Positions 33,320 to 43,488 of a stretch of DNA of 64,000 nt are shown here, one piece after another. The first letter of the stretch is position 1; every line of letters begins with the position of its first letter. The stretch is from Spirochaetia bacterium (GTDB lineage: Bacteria; Spirochaetota; Spirochaetia; WTKD01). Location of the stretch: the NCBI GenBank assembly GCA_965243525.1, contig OZ251568.1, positions 370,389 through 434,388 on the forward strand. Direction: 5' to 3'. A model generated the notes under the pieces. The model was not told the origin of the DNA. It saw nothing but the letters and a program-made list of their open reading frames with translations, and ran no database searches. Position numbers and translations under genes: made by a program.

Positions 33320-34499
33320 AGTGCAACTGGATACACTGATTCAAGCACCTCCAAAAAACGTTCTCGCCCACATCTGTCATATCCTTGCAGAAGATGGAAA
33401 TATGCTCATCAGGAATAGACAAATGTGCCACAACCACGGCCCTATACTGCGCGAGATCGTGTTTCATATTAGGCTCCGATTGCTTGCTTCCATCCTCCGT
33501 TGCGGTTTTCCCTTTTTTTTGTCTAGCATCCTCATGTTGATCACCCTGCGCTACGGCGCCATTCTGATTGACAGCCCCCTGTTGATCGTGCTGATCATGC
33601 AAACCTGCAAGCTGCTGCTCGGAATGCACCACTTCAACAGAATCGATTTTCTCTGTGCTATTCTGCAACAAGTCATCCGGATCGCCGTTAACCACCAGTT
33701 GCACAAAACAATGCCTTTCACCAAGCACCGAACCAAGCCCCTCCAACAAGAGACGCCATTCTGTGACATCCTCTTTTCTTCCAATCTCGTAGGTAAACAC
33801 GACAATCGGAGAAGCAGTCACGTATTCAAGCAGGTGCGTATGCTGGGTATTCGACCCAGCGCTGATCGGCAAGAGCAGCATTTTTATCTGATTCCAATTT
33901 CCAGAAGCCACCGCAAAAGATGGCTTGCCATAGACAAGATCACCCGTATAGGAATCCTCTGTAATGCTTGCAAAAGCCTGCGCAACAGCATTGATCGTAT
34001 TTCCTGCGATCATGACATCAGCAAACCGCGTCATCCGCGCGAGAATCGAGATTGATTCTTCCGGTTCTCCTTGTTGTGCGCGATATGGTGCTTGGTTGCG
34101 TGAAGATTTAAAATGTATATTGCCAAATCCGCCCTTGCCACCGGCCAAGAGCACATAGCGTGGATTTTTTTTCGTTATTTCGGTGATGTGGTGTCCAGTC
34201 AAATCGCTGATCGCCGTGTGTTCGGGAAGCAAAACGACGAGGTCCTCCCCGTTTTTTCCGTGCTTCTGAGCGCTGCCCCCTGGTTGTCCATGCCCCGCCC
34301 GTTGAATGGAGCGTCGTGCAAGATGGGCAAGATCTGATTTGCTTGAATCTAAGACAAGAATGACCGAACCACCCATTCCTCCGTCACCACCACTCGGGCC
34401 GCCCTTTGGTTTAAACCGTTTCCTTTCAAAAGAAACCAGGCCATCCCCACCCTTTCCCGACCACAGTTCGAGTCTTATCTTATGAAAAAAACGTCTCAA
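33294..34499 (-). CDS. obg: Obg-family protein with an intact N-terminal Obg fold but degenerate GTPase motifs
   Basis: 401 aa. The N-terminal glycine-rich Obg fold ([10 protein letters not shown]...[15 protein letters not shown]...GGKGGFGN) is intact. At the G1 position it reads [16 protein letters not shown], at G3 LLLPISAG and at G4 VVNGDPDD. The C-terminal tail is Q/H/D-rich. Confidence 0.7.
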   Translation of the reverse strand: MRRFFHKIRLELWSGKGGDGLVSFERKRFKPKGGPSGGDGGMGGSVILVLDSSKSDLAHLARRSIQRAGHGQPGGSAQKHGKNGEDLVVLLPEHTAISDLTGHHITEITKKNPRYVLLAGGKGGFGNIHFKSSRNQAPYRAQQGEPEESISILARMTRFADVMIAGNTINAVAQAFASITEDSYTGDLVYGKPSFAVASGNWNQIKMLLLPISAGSNTQHTHLLEYVTASPIVVFTYEIGRKEDVTEWRLLLEGLGSVLGERHCFVQLVVNGDPDDLLQNSTEKIDSVEVVHSEQQLAGLHDQHDQQGAVNQNGAVAQGDQHEDARQKKGKTATEDGSKQSEPNMKHDLAQYRAVVVAHLSIPDEHISIFCKDMTDVGENVFWRCLNQCIQLHCDQTHANW

Positions 34500-34753
34500 C
34501 TTGTTAAAGGAATAATTGACACCTTCTTTTTGTTCCGTACCGTATGAAATCGAATAGTTCCGGCAACCTTTGCAAACAAGGTATCGTCCTTACCCCTTCC
34601 TACAAATTCACCAGGGTGAAACTTCGTTCCGCGCTGACGCACGATGATAGCGCCCCCCTTCACCAATTCACTGCCAAATCGTTTCACTCCCAAACGTTTC
34701 GAATGAGAATCACGACCATTTTTTGAACTTCCTCCACCTTTTTTATGTGCCAT
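34496..34753 (-). CDS. rpmA: Ribosomal protein L27 (no N-terminal propeptide)
   Basis: 85 aa, [24 protein letters not shown]. The ATG directly follows the TGA of prp (TGAATG). Confidence 0.95.
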   Translation of the reverse strand: MAHKKGGGSSKNGRDSHSKRLGVKRFGSELVKGGAIIVRQRGTKFHPGEFVGRGKDDTLFAKVAGTIRFHTVRNKKKVSIIPLTS

Positions 34754-35068
34754 TCATAGCTCCTTTCGCTGCATGCATATATATTCTGGATAGGCCTCAC
34801 AAAGTGCTGTCAGTTGAGCGCTCACCAAGGCACTCATCCCCAACAGCTCCTTCCGGTACGAATCCATAACCGTCATCTGAAAATGTCCGACCCCTTCAAC
34901 ATGTCCACTATAGGGAATCCCAAGCTCATGAACACCCAGGGCAAAACCCTTCACAATCGATGAAACAATTCCACAACATAGTGAAATCGCTCCCTCTCTT
35001 GGAGCATGTCCATGCACTTCGATTTTCTGAATACAGCCCTCGCGGACAGCAAGTTGAACTTCAATCAC
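34754..35068 (-). CDS. prp: Ribosomal-processing cysteine protease Prp homologue (DUF464)
   Basis: 104 aa between rplU and rpmA. The candidate catalytic His is in VHGHA and the Cys in LCCGIVSS. Confidence 0.8.
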   Translation of the reverse strand: MIEVQLAVREGCIQKIEVHGHAPREGAISLCCGIVSSIVKGFALGVHELGIPYSGHVEGVGHFQMTVMDSYRKELLGMSALVSAQLTALCEAYPEYICMQRKEL

Positions 35069-35382
35069 TCAACAGAAATTGTCTGCACCTGCAGAAGAGA
35101 AAACTCAGTCCTGCTGCCGAAAATTTTTGTATACCCCTTGCGTCGCTTGAACTTTGCACCGAGCATTTTCTTACTCCGCCCATGCGAAACAACCTTCAAG
35201 GTTACTTTTGCATTTTTAATATATGGAGAACCGATTTTCTGTGAATCATCGTCCGAGCGAAGTAACAAAACCTCTGACACATCAATTGTCTTGCCTTCTT
35301 CCAATTCTAGCCGGGGTGTTTGGATTTCCTTCCCTTCTTCAACCTTAAACTGCTTACCTTTTACTTCAATATACGCGTGCAT
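35065..35382 (-). CDS. rplU: Ribosomal protein L21
   Basis: 105 aa. MHAYIEVKGKQFKVEEG... is the canonical L21 N-terminus. Confidence 0.9.
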   Translation of the reverse strand: MHAYIEVKGKQFKVEEGKEIQTPRLELEEGKTIDVSEVLLLRSDDDSQKIGSPYIKNAKVTLKVVSHGRSKKMLGAKFKRRKGYTKIFGSRTEFSLLQVQTISVE

Positions 35383-35423
35383 TATCGTGTATTGTATGGA
35401 AAAAATATGAAACTGTCAATCAA

Positions 35424-35541
35424 CCTAAGCACGAATACCTCAGGTTTACGGTTCAGATCGCTTAGTGAAAAACGGCTAATTACCCTAAGCAGCAATACCT
35501 CAGGTTGGAAGTTCAGATCCGCCGGTGAGAAAGCTATCAAT
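35424..35541. repeat. Tandem ~58-nt duplication spanning the 3' end of gltD and the gltD-rplU spacer
   Basis: Copy 1 is 35424-35480 and copy 2 is 35484-35541 (period 60, roughly 70 percent identical by eye). The shared blocks are cctaagca..aatacctcaggtt and ttcagatc. The gltD stop codon (35500-35502) lies inside copy 2. Confidence 0.75.
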
Positions 35542-36966
35542 CGCCCGAGCTGCACCACGTCCTTCATTGATCGCCCAAACAACCAATGATTGTCCTCGAC
35601 GCGCATCGCCCGCACTGAATACCTTTTCAACATTCGTCTGATACTGCCCATATGCAGCAGCAACCGAACCCCGATCATTCAGCGAAACCCCCAACTGTTC
35701 GCACACAGGTGACTCAGTTCCCACAAATCCCAGCGCAAGCAGGGCCAAATCGCATTCCCAATTCTCTTCGGTGCCCTCAATTTTCTGAAATCCAGGCCGC
35801 TTGCCCGGGGTGGGTTTTTCCCAGCGAACTCGAACCGTCTGAATTCCCTTGAGCTTGCCAGCTTCACCGATGAATCGTTCACTCAAAATGCCGTATTCTC
35901 GTGGATCATCTCCAAACAGCGTCGCCGCTTCAGTGTGTCCATAATCCAATTTGTACGTACGCGCAAACAAAGGCCACGGAAACTGATCGCCGCGCTCTGC
36001 TGGTGGTTTTGCAAGCAGCTCAAAATTTGTCAACGAAGCACAGCCATGGCGCAACGAAGTGCCAATGCAGTCATTTCCCGTATCCCCACCACCAATCACC
36101 ACAACATGCTTGTTTTCTGCAGAGATAAAGGCTTTGTCTTGAAAATTGCTGTCAAGCAGACTCTTCGTATTTGCACGCAAAAAATCCATCGCAAAATGAA
36201 CTCCATCAAGGTCATGCCCATCGATAGGAAGCCCACGCGGAATCGTAGATCCCGTCGCAATCAGCACCGCATCAAATGATGCAAGCAATGCATCACCCAA
36301 CACATCAGAACCAACTCCCACCCCAGGTTTGAAAATGATTCCCTCTGCCTGCATCAAATCTACGCGTTTTTGCACAAGCCCCTTGTCGAGTTTCATATTC
36401 GGAATACCATACATCAATAGGCCGCCAATTCTGTCATCGCGCTCAAACACCGTGACTTCATGGCCAACTTGATTCAATTGATCTGCCGCCGCCAAGCCTG
36501 CAGGACCGCTGCCGATGATTGCAACACGTTTGTTCGTCTTGAATTTTGGCAATCGCGGCTTCATCAACCCCATGCGATAGGCACGATCGATGATGGCACA
36601 TTCGTTGTCCTTTATCGTCACCGGTGGTTCGTTAATTCCCAATACACAGGCGTGTTCACAGGGTGCAGGACAAACCCGTCCCGTAAACTCCGGAAAGTTA
36701 TTGGTCTTCATCAAGCGATAGAAAGCCTGCTCCCATTCGCCTCGATAGATCAGATCGTTCCATTCAGGAATGAGGTTATCAACCGGACAACCCGTATCGG
36801 ACTGACAAAAAGGCACCCCGCAATCCATGCATCGAGCTCCTTGAATCTGACGCTCTGCATCATCCAGCGGAAGAAGAAACTCGTCGAAATCCTTCACCCG
36901 TTCTTGCGAATCTCGATGCGCCACCGATTTTCTATCGTATTCCATAAATCCAGTATCTTTACCCAT
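35500..36966 (-). CDS. gltD: Glutamate synthase (NADPH) small subunit
   Basis: 488 aa. An N-terminal Cys cluster (CMDCGVPFC) and the dinucleotide fold [12 protein letters not shown]. It overlaps the gltB stop by 8 nt. Confidence 0.9.
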   Translation of the reverse strand: MGKDTGFMEYDRKSVAHRDSQERVKDFDEFLLPLDDAERQIQGARCMDCGVPFCQSDTGCPVDNLIPEWNDLIYRGEWEQAFYRLMKTNNFPEFTGRVCPAPCEHACVLGINEPPVTIKDNECAIIDRAYRMGLMKPRLPKFKTNKRVAIIGSGPAGLAAADQLNQVGHEVTVFERDDRIGGLLMYGIPNMKLDKGLVQKRVDLMQAEGIIFKPGVGVGSDVLGDALLASFDAVLIATGSTIPRGLPIDGHDLDGVHFAMDFLRANTKSLLDSNFQDKAFISAENKHVVVIGGGDTGNDCIGTSLRHGCASLTNFELLAKPPAERGDQFPWPLFARTYKLDYGHTEAATLFGDDPREYGILSERFIGEAGKLKGIQTVRVRWEKPTPGKRPGFQKIEGTEENWECDLALLALGFVGTESPVCEQLGVSLNDRGSVAAAYGQYQTNVEKVFSAGDARRGQSLVVWAINEGRGAARAIDSFLTGGSELPT

Positions 36967-39900
36967 GTGCGAGGATCTCCTTTTCTTCTGCTTGTTTGTC
37001 TAAGTATTTCTGATACGACGGTGAAATGACCTTCACAAAATGCTTGCTTTCACGATCAAAATTTTCAAGAATCGTCTTTCCCCGTGCAGATCCAGTATAT
37101 TCCACATGCGCTTCAAGCAGGCCACGCAATCGCTTCTTATCCTGAGCGGCAAGTTTATACATATCCGAAAGCTCGCGGTTGATATTCCGTTCCAGAGAAT
37201 TGGATACATTCCACACATAGGCAACCCCACCACTCATTCCTGCAGCAAAATTTCTTCCAACCGCACCAAGAACCACAACGCATCCACCGGTCATGTATTC
37301 ACACCCATGATCACCAATTCCCTCGATCACCACCGCTGCACCACTGTTTCGCACCGCAAAACGCTCTGCTGCAATCCCTTGAATATAGGCTTCCCCGCTC
37401 GTTGCTCCATAAAAACAGACATTTCCAACGATGATATTGTTCTCCGCAACGAAGTTTCGATTTTCTTGCGGCACGATGATCAAGCGTCCCCCCGAAAGCC
37501 CCTTTCCAACATAGTCGTTAGCATCCCCTGCAAGATACATCGTAACTCCCTTGATCAACCAGGCCCCAAAACTCTGCCCCGCACTTCCGTGGAATTGCAA
37601 ATGCAAGGTCTTGTCTGGCAATCCCTTTGCACCGTGCAGCGCATAGATTCGATTGCTCAAGATGGCTCCAACCGCACGATCAGTATTCCATATCTGAAAG
37701 GCAAAGGAAGCAGGAAATACGTCCTCAACCGCCTGTCGTACCCGTTTCAAAATCTTGCGATCAAGCACATGTTCGATGCCATGCTTTTGTGGAATCGTAC
37801 AGAACACCCCGGTATGCCCATCAGAGACACCCATTTTTGTCAAAATAGGGCGCAAATCAAGGCGATGCTCGATGGCTCGCTCAGAATCAACATCGATATA
37901 GTCGACCTTTCCAACCAAATCGGTGAATTTTCGCACTCCCAAGGAGGCCATAATCTCCCTGACTTCTTCTGCAATAAAGCGAAACATCCGAACGACATGT
38001 TCTGGTTTTCCGGCAAATTTCTTGCGTAAGCGATTGTCTTGGGTCGCAATACCAACCGGACAGGTGTTCTTTTCGCATTTGCGCATCATGATACAGCCTA
38101 TGGCAATCAAGGGTCCGGTCGCAAAACCGCATTCTTCTGCACCGAGAAGAGCTGCAATCACGACATCTCGCCCCGTCTTTATCTGTCCATCGGTCTGCAG
38201 CACTATGCGAGATCGCAGATCATTCAAAACCAGGGTTTGGTGCGTCTCAGCAAGACCCAATTCCCATGGAGAACCTGCATTTTTGATTCCTGTCAAGGCT
38301 GAAGCACCCGTGCCACCATCGTGTCCTGAAATCAAAATGTGATCGGCGTGCGCTTTTGCAACACCCGCTGCAATCGTTCCCACACCAACCTCTGCAACAA
38401 GTTTCACGCTGATGCGTGCCTCCGGGTTTGCATTCTTTAAATCAAAAATCAGCTGCTTGAGGTCTTCAATCGAATAGATATCGTGATGCGGTGGCGGGCT
38501 GATCAACCCAATCCCCGGCGTTGAATGCCGTACCTGGGCGATGATCGGAAAGACCTTGTTTCCCGGCAGCTCGCCACCCTCTCCAGGTTTTGCTCCCTGC
38601 GCCATCTTTATTTGAATTTCATCGGCATTACTCAGGTATTCAATCGTCACACCAAAACGTCCTGATGCCACCTGCTTGATTGCAGACCGTTTTGACCGGC
38701 CATCAGGCAAAGGAGTATATCGCTCAGCGAGTTCACCGCCCTCACCAGTGTTTGATTTTCCACCCAATTCGTTCATCGCAAGTGCCAGAGTTTCATGCGC
38801 CTCTTGGCTGATCGACCCAAAACTCATAGCACCAGTGACAAAGCGTTGTGCAATTGCATCGACTGGTTCAACCTCTTCGATGGGAACAGGAACACGCTTT
38901 CGAAAATTGAAAAAACCACGCAATGTCGCTGATTTTGCGACCTTCTCATTTTCATAGGCTGAGAATTCCTTGAACACCTGGTAATCATTCGTGCGCACCG
39001 CCTGTTGCAGAAGCATAACACTCTGCGGATCCCACATATGCACCTCACCATGCGCTCGCCATTGATAATCACCGGGGCTGAGTATATCAGAACCAATCGG
39101 TGTATTCCCCCGAGGATAGGCCTTGTTGTGTCGCGCAAACACATGTGTCGCTGCGGTTTCAAAATCTGCACCACCTATTCGGCTATAAGCCCCTGTGAAA
39201 CAGCGTTGCACAATCGTCTTGCCCAACCCCAAAATTTCAAAAATCTGCGCACCTTTGTAGCTGTTCAGGGTCGAAATGCCCATCTTCGCAAAAACCTTGC
39301 GCATCCCATAGGCAAGTCCCTGCAGATAATTTTCCTTTGCTTGATCTTCAGAAAAAGACCCTGCAAGTTGATTTGAATCAACCAATTCCTTTATCGCATC
39401 AAATGCAAGATAGGGATTCACCGCATCAGCACCGAAGCCAAAGAGACAACAGAAATGATGCACCTCACGAGGCTCGCCTGATTCAACGATCAGTCCGACC
39501 CGCGTTCGTTTGGCCATCGCGATCAGATGCTGGTGTGCAGCACCCACCGCATAGAGCGGGCTCACCGGAACTCGATCAGCCCCTGCCCTGCGATCCGAAA
39601 GAATAATCAATGGCGCTCCATCATCAACCGCCTGCTCAACCTCTTCACAGATACGTTCGATGCAGTCAAAAAAACCATTCTTTCCCTCATCAAAGGAAAA
39701 CGTGATATCACAGATATGGGCCTTTCCCCATTCAGTATCCATATGCTTCACTCGTGCGAGATCATGGTTGCGAAGCACCGGCGTTTCAAGAAAGAGTCGA
39801 TGGCATTGTTGTTCGTTCCGATCAAGCAGATTTGTTTGCGGCCCGATATAACTTGCAATACTCATAATCGCACGCTCACGAATCGAATCAACCGGCGGAT

Positions 39901-41482
39901 TGGTGACTTGCGCAAAGCGCTGTTTGAAATATTCATATGCCAATCGAGGTCGTTCAGACAGCACCGCAAGCGGGGTGTCATTTCCCATCGAACCAAGCGG
40001 ATCCTTCCCCTTTTCAGCCAGGGGTTTGAGAATCAACCGCAGGTGTTCATCGCTATAGCCAAACAAACGAAGTTGCGCAGACAATGCGTCGCCCTTCAAG
40101 GGTTCATGCGCATCATCGGCCTTTTTAAAATCGTTCAGGTGGAGTTTCTGCCCAGCAATCCAATCCTTATAGGGATGCTCTGAGGCATATTCTTTCTTGA
40201 TCTGCTCATCATCGATGATGATCCCTTTCTTGCAATCAATAAGGAACATCCGCCCTGGGCGAAGGCGCCCTTTTTCTTTGATATTGCTCGCCTCGACCGG
40301 AGAAACACCCACCTCACTCGCCATAATCACCCGATTGTCGTGGGTAACATAATAGCGACTCGGGCGCAGTCCATTGCGATCAAGCACAGCGCCGATCATC
40401 TCGCCGTCGCTGAAGACAACCGATGCCGGACCATCCCAGGGCTCCATAACACAGCTAAACGCCTCATACATAGCACGTCGATCTGCATCCATCGCATCGT
40501 GGTTTTCCCAGGCTTCTGGAATCATATACAGCGCAGCCAAGGGCAGCGGAAATCCATTCATAATAAGAAATTCAATCGCATTATCAAAATGTCCCGTATC
40601 TGACATATGGCTTTCCATGATAGGAAAGGTCTTTTTCAATCGCTTGCCGAAGACCTCGCTCTGCAAGGTTCCCTGGCGTGCATGCATATAGTTGTGGTTT
40701 CCCTGAATCGTGTTGATCTCGCCATTATGCGCAACCACGCGATACGGATGTGATCGATCCCAACTGGGAAAAGTGTTCGTGGAAAAACGTGAATGGACAA
40801 TGGCAAGATAGGCAGTAAAGTCCTTGTCCTGCAAATCCTTATAGAAGGAAAACAACTGTGCAGACGTAAGCATTCCCTTATAGACGACGCGCTTGCTTGA
40901 GATCAACGGAACATAAAAATCCTGTGGATCATCACCAAAAATCTCTTGAACCTTGTTCATCGATTGCTTGCGAATGGTGTACAACCGGCGTTCAAATTCA
41001 TCCTGTGCATATTCTGGAGGACAGCCGATAAACGCCTGTAGGATATAGGGCTTCGATAAACGCGCGATATTTCCAATCTGCGTATCATCAACCGGCACCT
41101 CGCGCCATCCACAATGCACGCATTTTTCTGCAGCAATACATTGGCGAACGATATCCTTCATATCATCGCGTTTTGCCTGATCTTCCGTAAAGAAGAAAGT
41201 GCCAATTGCAAAATGCTTGTATTCATCAACAGAAATCTGCTCTTCCTTTGCAACCTTTCTGAAAAATTGCTCCGGAAAAGAACACAGCAACCCTGCGCCG
41301 TCTCCGGTGCTTTCATCTGAACCAAGAGCTCCCCGATGGCGAAGATTCAACAAAATTTCCTTCGCTGTTTCTATTGTTGCATGCGTGTGCTTTCCACTGA
41401 GATCAGCAATAAACCCAACACCACATCCCTCATGCTCTAACCGGGGATCATATAATCCCTGTGCAACCGGCCGTTTTAACAT
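36959..41482 (-). CDS. gltB: Glutamate synthase large subunit
   Basis: 1507 aa. The N-terminal Ntn-amidotransferase block is EHEGCGVGFIAD, followed by the FMN/3Fe-4S central domains and the C-terminal GXGXG-repeat domain. Confidence 0.95.
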   Translation of the reverse strand: MLKRPVAQGLYDPRLEHEGCGVGFIADLSGKHTHATIETAKEILLNLRHRGALGSDESTGDGAGLLCSFPEQFFRKVAKEEQISVDEYKHFAIGTFFFTEDQAKRDDMKDIVRQCIAAEKCVHCGWREVPVDDTQIGNIARLSKPYILQAFIGCPPEYAQDEFERRLYTIRKQSMNKVQEIFGDDPQDFYVPLISSKRVVYKGMLTSAQLFSFYKDLQDKDFTAYLAIVHSRFSTNTFPSWDRSHPYRVVAHNGEINTIQGNHNYMHARQGTLQSEVFGKRLKKTFPIMESHMSDTGHFDNAIEFLIMNGFPLPLAALYMIPEAWENHDAMDADRRAMYEAFSCVMEPWDGPASVVFSDGEMIGAVLDRNGLRPSRYYVTHDNRVIMASEVGVSPVEASNIKEKGRLRPGRMFLIDCKKGIIIDDEQIKKEYASEHPYKDWIAGQKLHLNDFKKADDAHEPLKGDALSAQLRLFGYSDEHLRLILKPLAEKGKDPLGSMGNDTPLAVLSERPRLAYEYFKQRFAQVTNPPVDSIRERAIMSIASYIGPQTNLLDRNEQQCHRLFLETPVLRNHDLARVKHMDTEWGKAHICDITFSFDEGKNGFFDCIERICEEVEQAVDDGAPLIILSDRRAGADRVPVSPLYAVGAAHQHLIAMAKRTRVGLIVESGEPREVHHFCCLFGFGADAVNPYLAFDAIKELVDSNQLAGSFSEDQAKENYLQGLAYGMRKVFAKMGISTLNSYKGAQIFEILGLGKTIVQRCFTGAYSRIGGADFETAATHVFARHNKAYPRGNTPIGSDILSPGDYQWRAHGEVHMWDPQSVMLLQQAVRTNDYQVFKEFSAYENEKVAKSATLRGFFNFRKRVPVPIEEVEPVDAIAQRFVTGAMSFGSISQEAHETLALAMNELGGKSNTGEGGELAERYTPLPDGRSKRSAIKQVASGRFGVTIEYLSNADEIQIKMAQGAKPGEGGELPGNKVFPIIAQVRHSTPGIGLISPPPHHDIYSIEDLKQLIFDLKNANPEARISVKLVAEVGVGTIAAGVAKAHADHILISGHDGGTGASALTGIKNAGSPWELGLAETHQTLVLNDLRSRIVLQTDGQIKTGRDVVIAALLGAEECGFATGPLIAIGCIMMRKCEKNTCPVGIATQDNRLRKKFAGKPEHVVRMFRFIAEEVREIMASLGVRKFTDLVGKVDYIDVDSERAIEHRLDLRPILTKMGVSDGHTGVFCTIPQKHGIEHVLDRKILKRVRQAVEDVFPASFAFQIWNTDRAVGAILSNRIYALHGAKGLPDKTLHLQFHGSAGQSFGAWLIKGVTMYLAGDANDYVGKGLSGGRLIIVPQENRNFVAENNIIVGNVCFYGATSGEAYIQGIAAERFAVRNSGAAVVIEGIGDHGCEYMTGGCVVVLGAVGRNFAAGMSGGVAYVWNVSNSLERNINRELSDMYKLAAQDKKRLRGLLEAHVEYTGSARGKTILENFDRESKHFVKVISPSYQKYLDKQAEEKEILAHG

Positions 41483-43207
41483 CTACATCTCCTCTACTGA
41501 TGGAATCACCAATAATCGCAGGCAATTCCCTAATACCCGCCCTATACAACGAGCAAAAAATAATCGCGTCGGTGCATACATATCCTCACCGAGTATAGGA
41601 GTTTCATGGTAATACATTGTAAATAATTTTGCTAAGTCATATGCATAATGCGCAATCAGTGATGGGTTTTCTTGCACCGCAGCCTGTCCAACAACAGGTG
41701 CAAAGCGCGCCAAAACCTTGACGAGTTGCCATTCACCATCTTGTTGCAACAAAGCAGGGTCAAATACCGCATCGATCTGCATTTTTTTTGCCCTTCGTTC
41801 AATCGAGTGAATTCGGGTGCAGGTATATTGAATATAAGGGCCGGTGTTTCCAGAAAAAGAAAGTGATTTTTTCGTATCAAAGGCGATCTCCGTCGATGGA
41901 TTTGGCCACAACAGATAATAGTGTAGCGCACCGAGTGCCACCGATTCTGCAATATTCGCTGGTTTGTCTTGCCCGGTGTGTTTTTCCTCCATCGATGCAC
42001 GCACGAGCTCTCGCAAGTTATCGATCAGATCCTCAGCATCAACCACCGTGCCTTCACGCGATTTCATCCTTCCTTCGGGAATATGCACCATGCCATACGA
42101 AAGATGCCGACAAGATCCTGCCCAGGCATGACCAAGCAATTCCAAAATCTTGAACAAAACCGAAAAATGATATTCCTGCTCGTTAGCCACCACATAGACC
42201 ATGTGATCACAGTCATAGGTTTCAACGCGCCGTATTGCTGCTCCGAGATCCTGGGTGATGTATAGCGCAGTGCCATCAGAACGAAGCAGGATTTTGGTGT
42301 CTAATCCCCACGATTCGAGGTTCACGCAAATCGAACCGTCCGCCTCGCGATAAAAAATCCCACGCTCCAACCCCTCCAAAACAATAGCACGCCCCCGCAT
42401 ATAGATTTCACTTTCGTATTCAAAGGCATCAAAATGGATGCCACACCGCTTATACGTCGAAAGAATCCCCTCGACCACCCAGGTACGCATCGTCTTCCAG
42501 AGCGATCGCACTTCTGGATCCTCCGATTCCCATCGTCGCAAGAGTTCCTGCGCTCGTTCTTCAAGCGATGGGTCTTCCTTCGCCCGCTGTGCAAACTGCA
42601 CATAGAGATCACCAACAAACTGATCCCCACGCGTATTTTGTGATGCAGGACTGCTTCCTGCCTCCAAAAATCCATAGGCAACCATGCTCTTGCAGATATG
42701 CACCCCGCGATCGTTGAACAGGCAGAGTTGTGTGACCGCTGCTCCACTGGCACGCAGTATTCGCGAAACCGATTCACCAATTGCATTGTTGCGCAGATGC
42801 CCAAGATGTAATGGCTTGTTTGTGTTCGGGCTCGAAAACTCCACAACGATGTTTTGCCCGGCACACTGGGTATTATTCCCATAAGCATCCTGTTGCTGAT
42901 CAATCATGCGAAGAACCTGCTCGACAACCGGCTGCTGTTCAAGAAATACGTTGATATAACCACCAACGACCACCATCTTTGTGATTCCCAAGGCTGCCGC
43001 ATCCAATGCATCGACAACCCCTTGCGCAATTTCCCTCGGTGATTGTTTCAATATGCGCGCAAACGAAAAAACAGGGAAGGCAAGGTCTCCATGGCTAGCA
43101 TCGTCCGGAAACTCTGGCGCAATGCTAGGAAGCGACGCCTGCTCGCCGCAACGCTTGGCGAGGGTGGTTTCGATATGCATCTGTATCTTCTCTATGATGT
43201 AGTCCAT
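41483..43207 (-). CDS. argS: Arginyl-tRNA synthetase
   Basis: 574 aa. The class I HIGH-type motif is NKPLHLGHLRN, with the anticodon-binding C-terminal domain ending in ...SVEEM. Confidence 0.95.
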   Translation of the reverse strand: MDYIIEKIQMHIETTLAKRCGEQASLPSIAPEFPDDASHGDLAFPVFSFARILKQSPREIAQGVVDALDAAALGITKMVVVGGYINVFLEQQPVVEQVLRMIDQQQDAYGNNTQCAGQNIVVEFSSPNTNKPLHLGHLRNNAIGESVSRILRASGAAVTQLCLFNDRGVHICKSMVAYGFLEAGSSPASQNTRGDQFVGDLYVQFAQRAKEDPSLEERAQELLRRWESEDPEVRSLWKTMRTWVVEGILSTYKRCGIHFDAFEYESEIYMRGRAIVLEGLERGIFYREADGSICVNLESWGLDTKILLRSDGTALYITQDLGAAIRRVETYDCDHMVYVVANEQEYHFSVLFKILELLGHAWAGSCRHLSYGMVHIPEGRMKSREGTVVDAEDLIDNLRELVRASMEEKHTGQDKPANIAESVALGALHYYLLWPNPSTEIAFDTKKSLSFSGNTGPYIQYTCTRIHSIERRAKKMQIDAVFDPALLQQDGEWQLVKVLARFAPVVGQAAVQENPSLIAHYAYDLAKLFTMYYHETPILGEDMYAPTRLFFARCIGRVLGNCLRLLVIPSVEEM

Positions 43208-43428
43208 ACGACCTCAATAACTTCTGGGGATACTCCATAGTGCTATAATTGCATGTGTATGTAAATCACATTTTTGATGATTCTTGTGTGAGCGATGCAC
43301 CATACATGAAACTGCTAGGAAGCATCGATGCACGCCCATAGCAAGAACAACTGTTTTCCTTGATAGCCGCCGCCTTGCCTGCCCTGCACCTGTGCACATT
43401 ACACAAACATACACCAAACATACACACG

Positions 43429-43474
43429 AAAAAAAGCGGTGCATTGACTATCCGCACCATTGTCTGTGCACCGC
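43429..43474 (-). terminator. Terminator-like hairpin downstream of the VOC gene
   Basis: The minus-strand RNA reads GCGGUGCA, a 23-nt loop, UGCACCGC, then seven U. It lies 15 nt after the stop at 43489. Confidence 0.45.
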
Positions 43475-43488
43475 GATGATGGTCCTGA

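Noticed and set aside
33279-34055. A 258-aa plus-strand ORF antisense to obg/nadD, and the minus-strand alternative frame 33551-33805, as possible carriers of a missing G domain
   Set aside because: Neither contains a P-loop or any GTPase motif. Both have skewed, non-protein-like composition. The obg frame is continuous, so the motif loss is not explained by a frameshift.
37040-40183. Plus-strand ORFs of 329, 139, 123 and 218 aa inside gltB
   Set aside because: They are antisense to a 1507-aa gene with clear glutamate synthase motifs. Such ORFs are typical of long GC-balanced genes.
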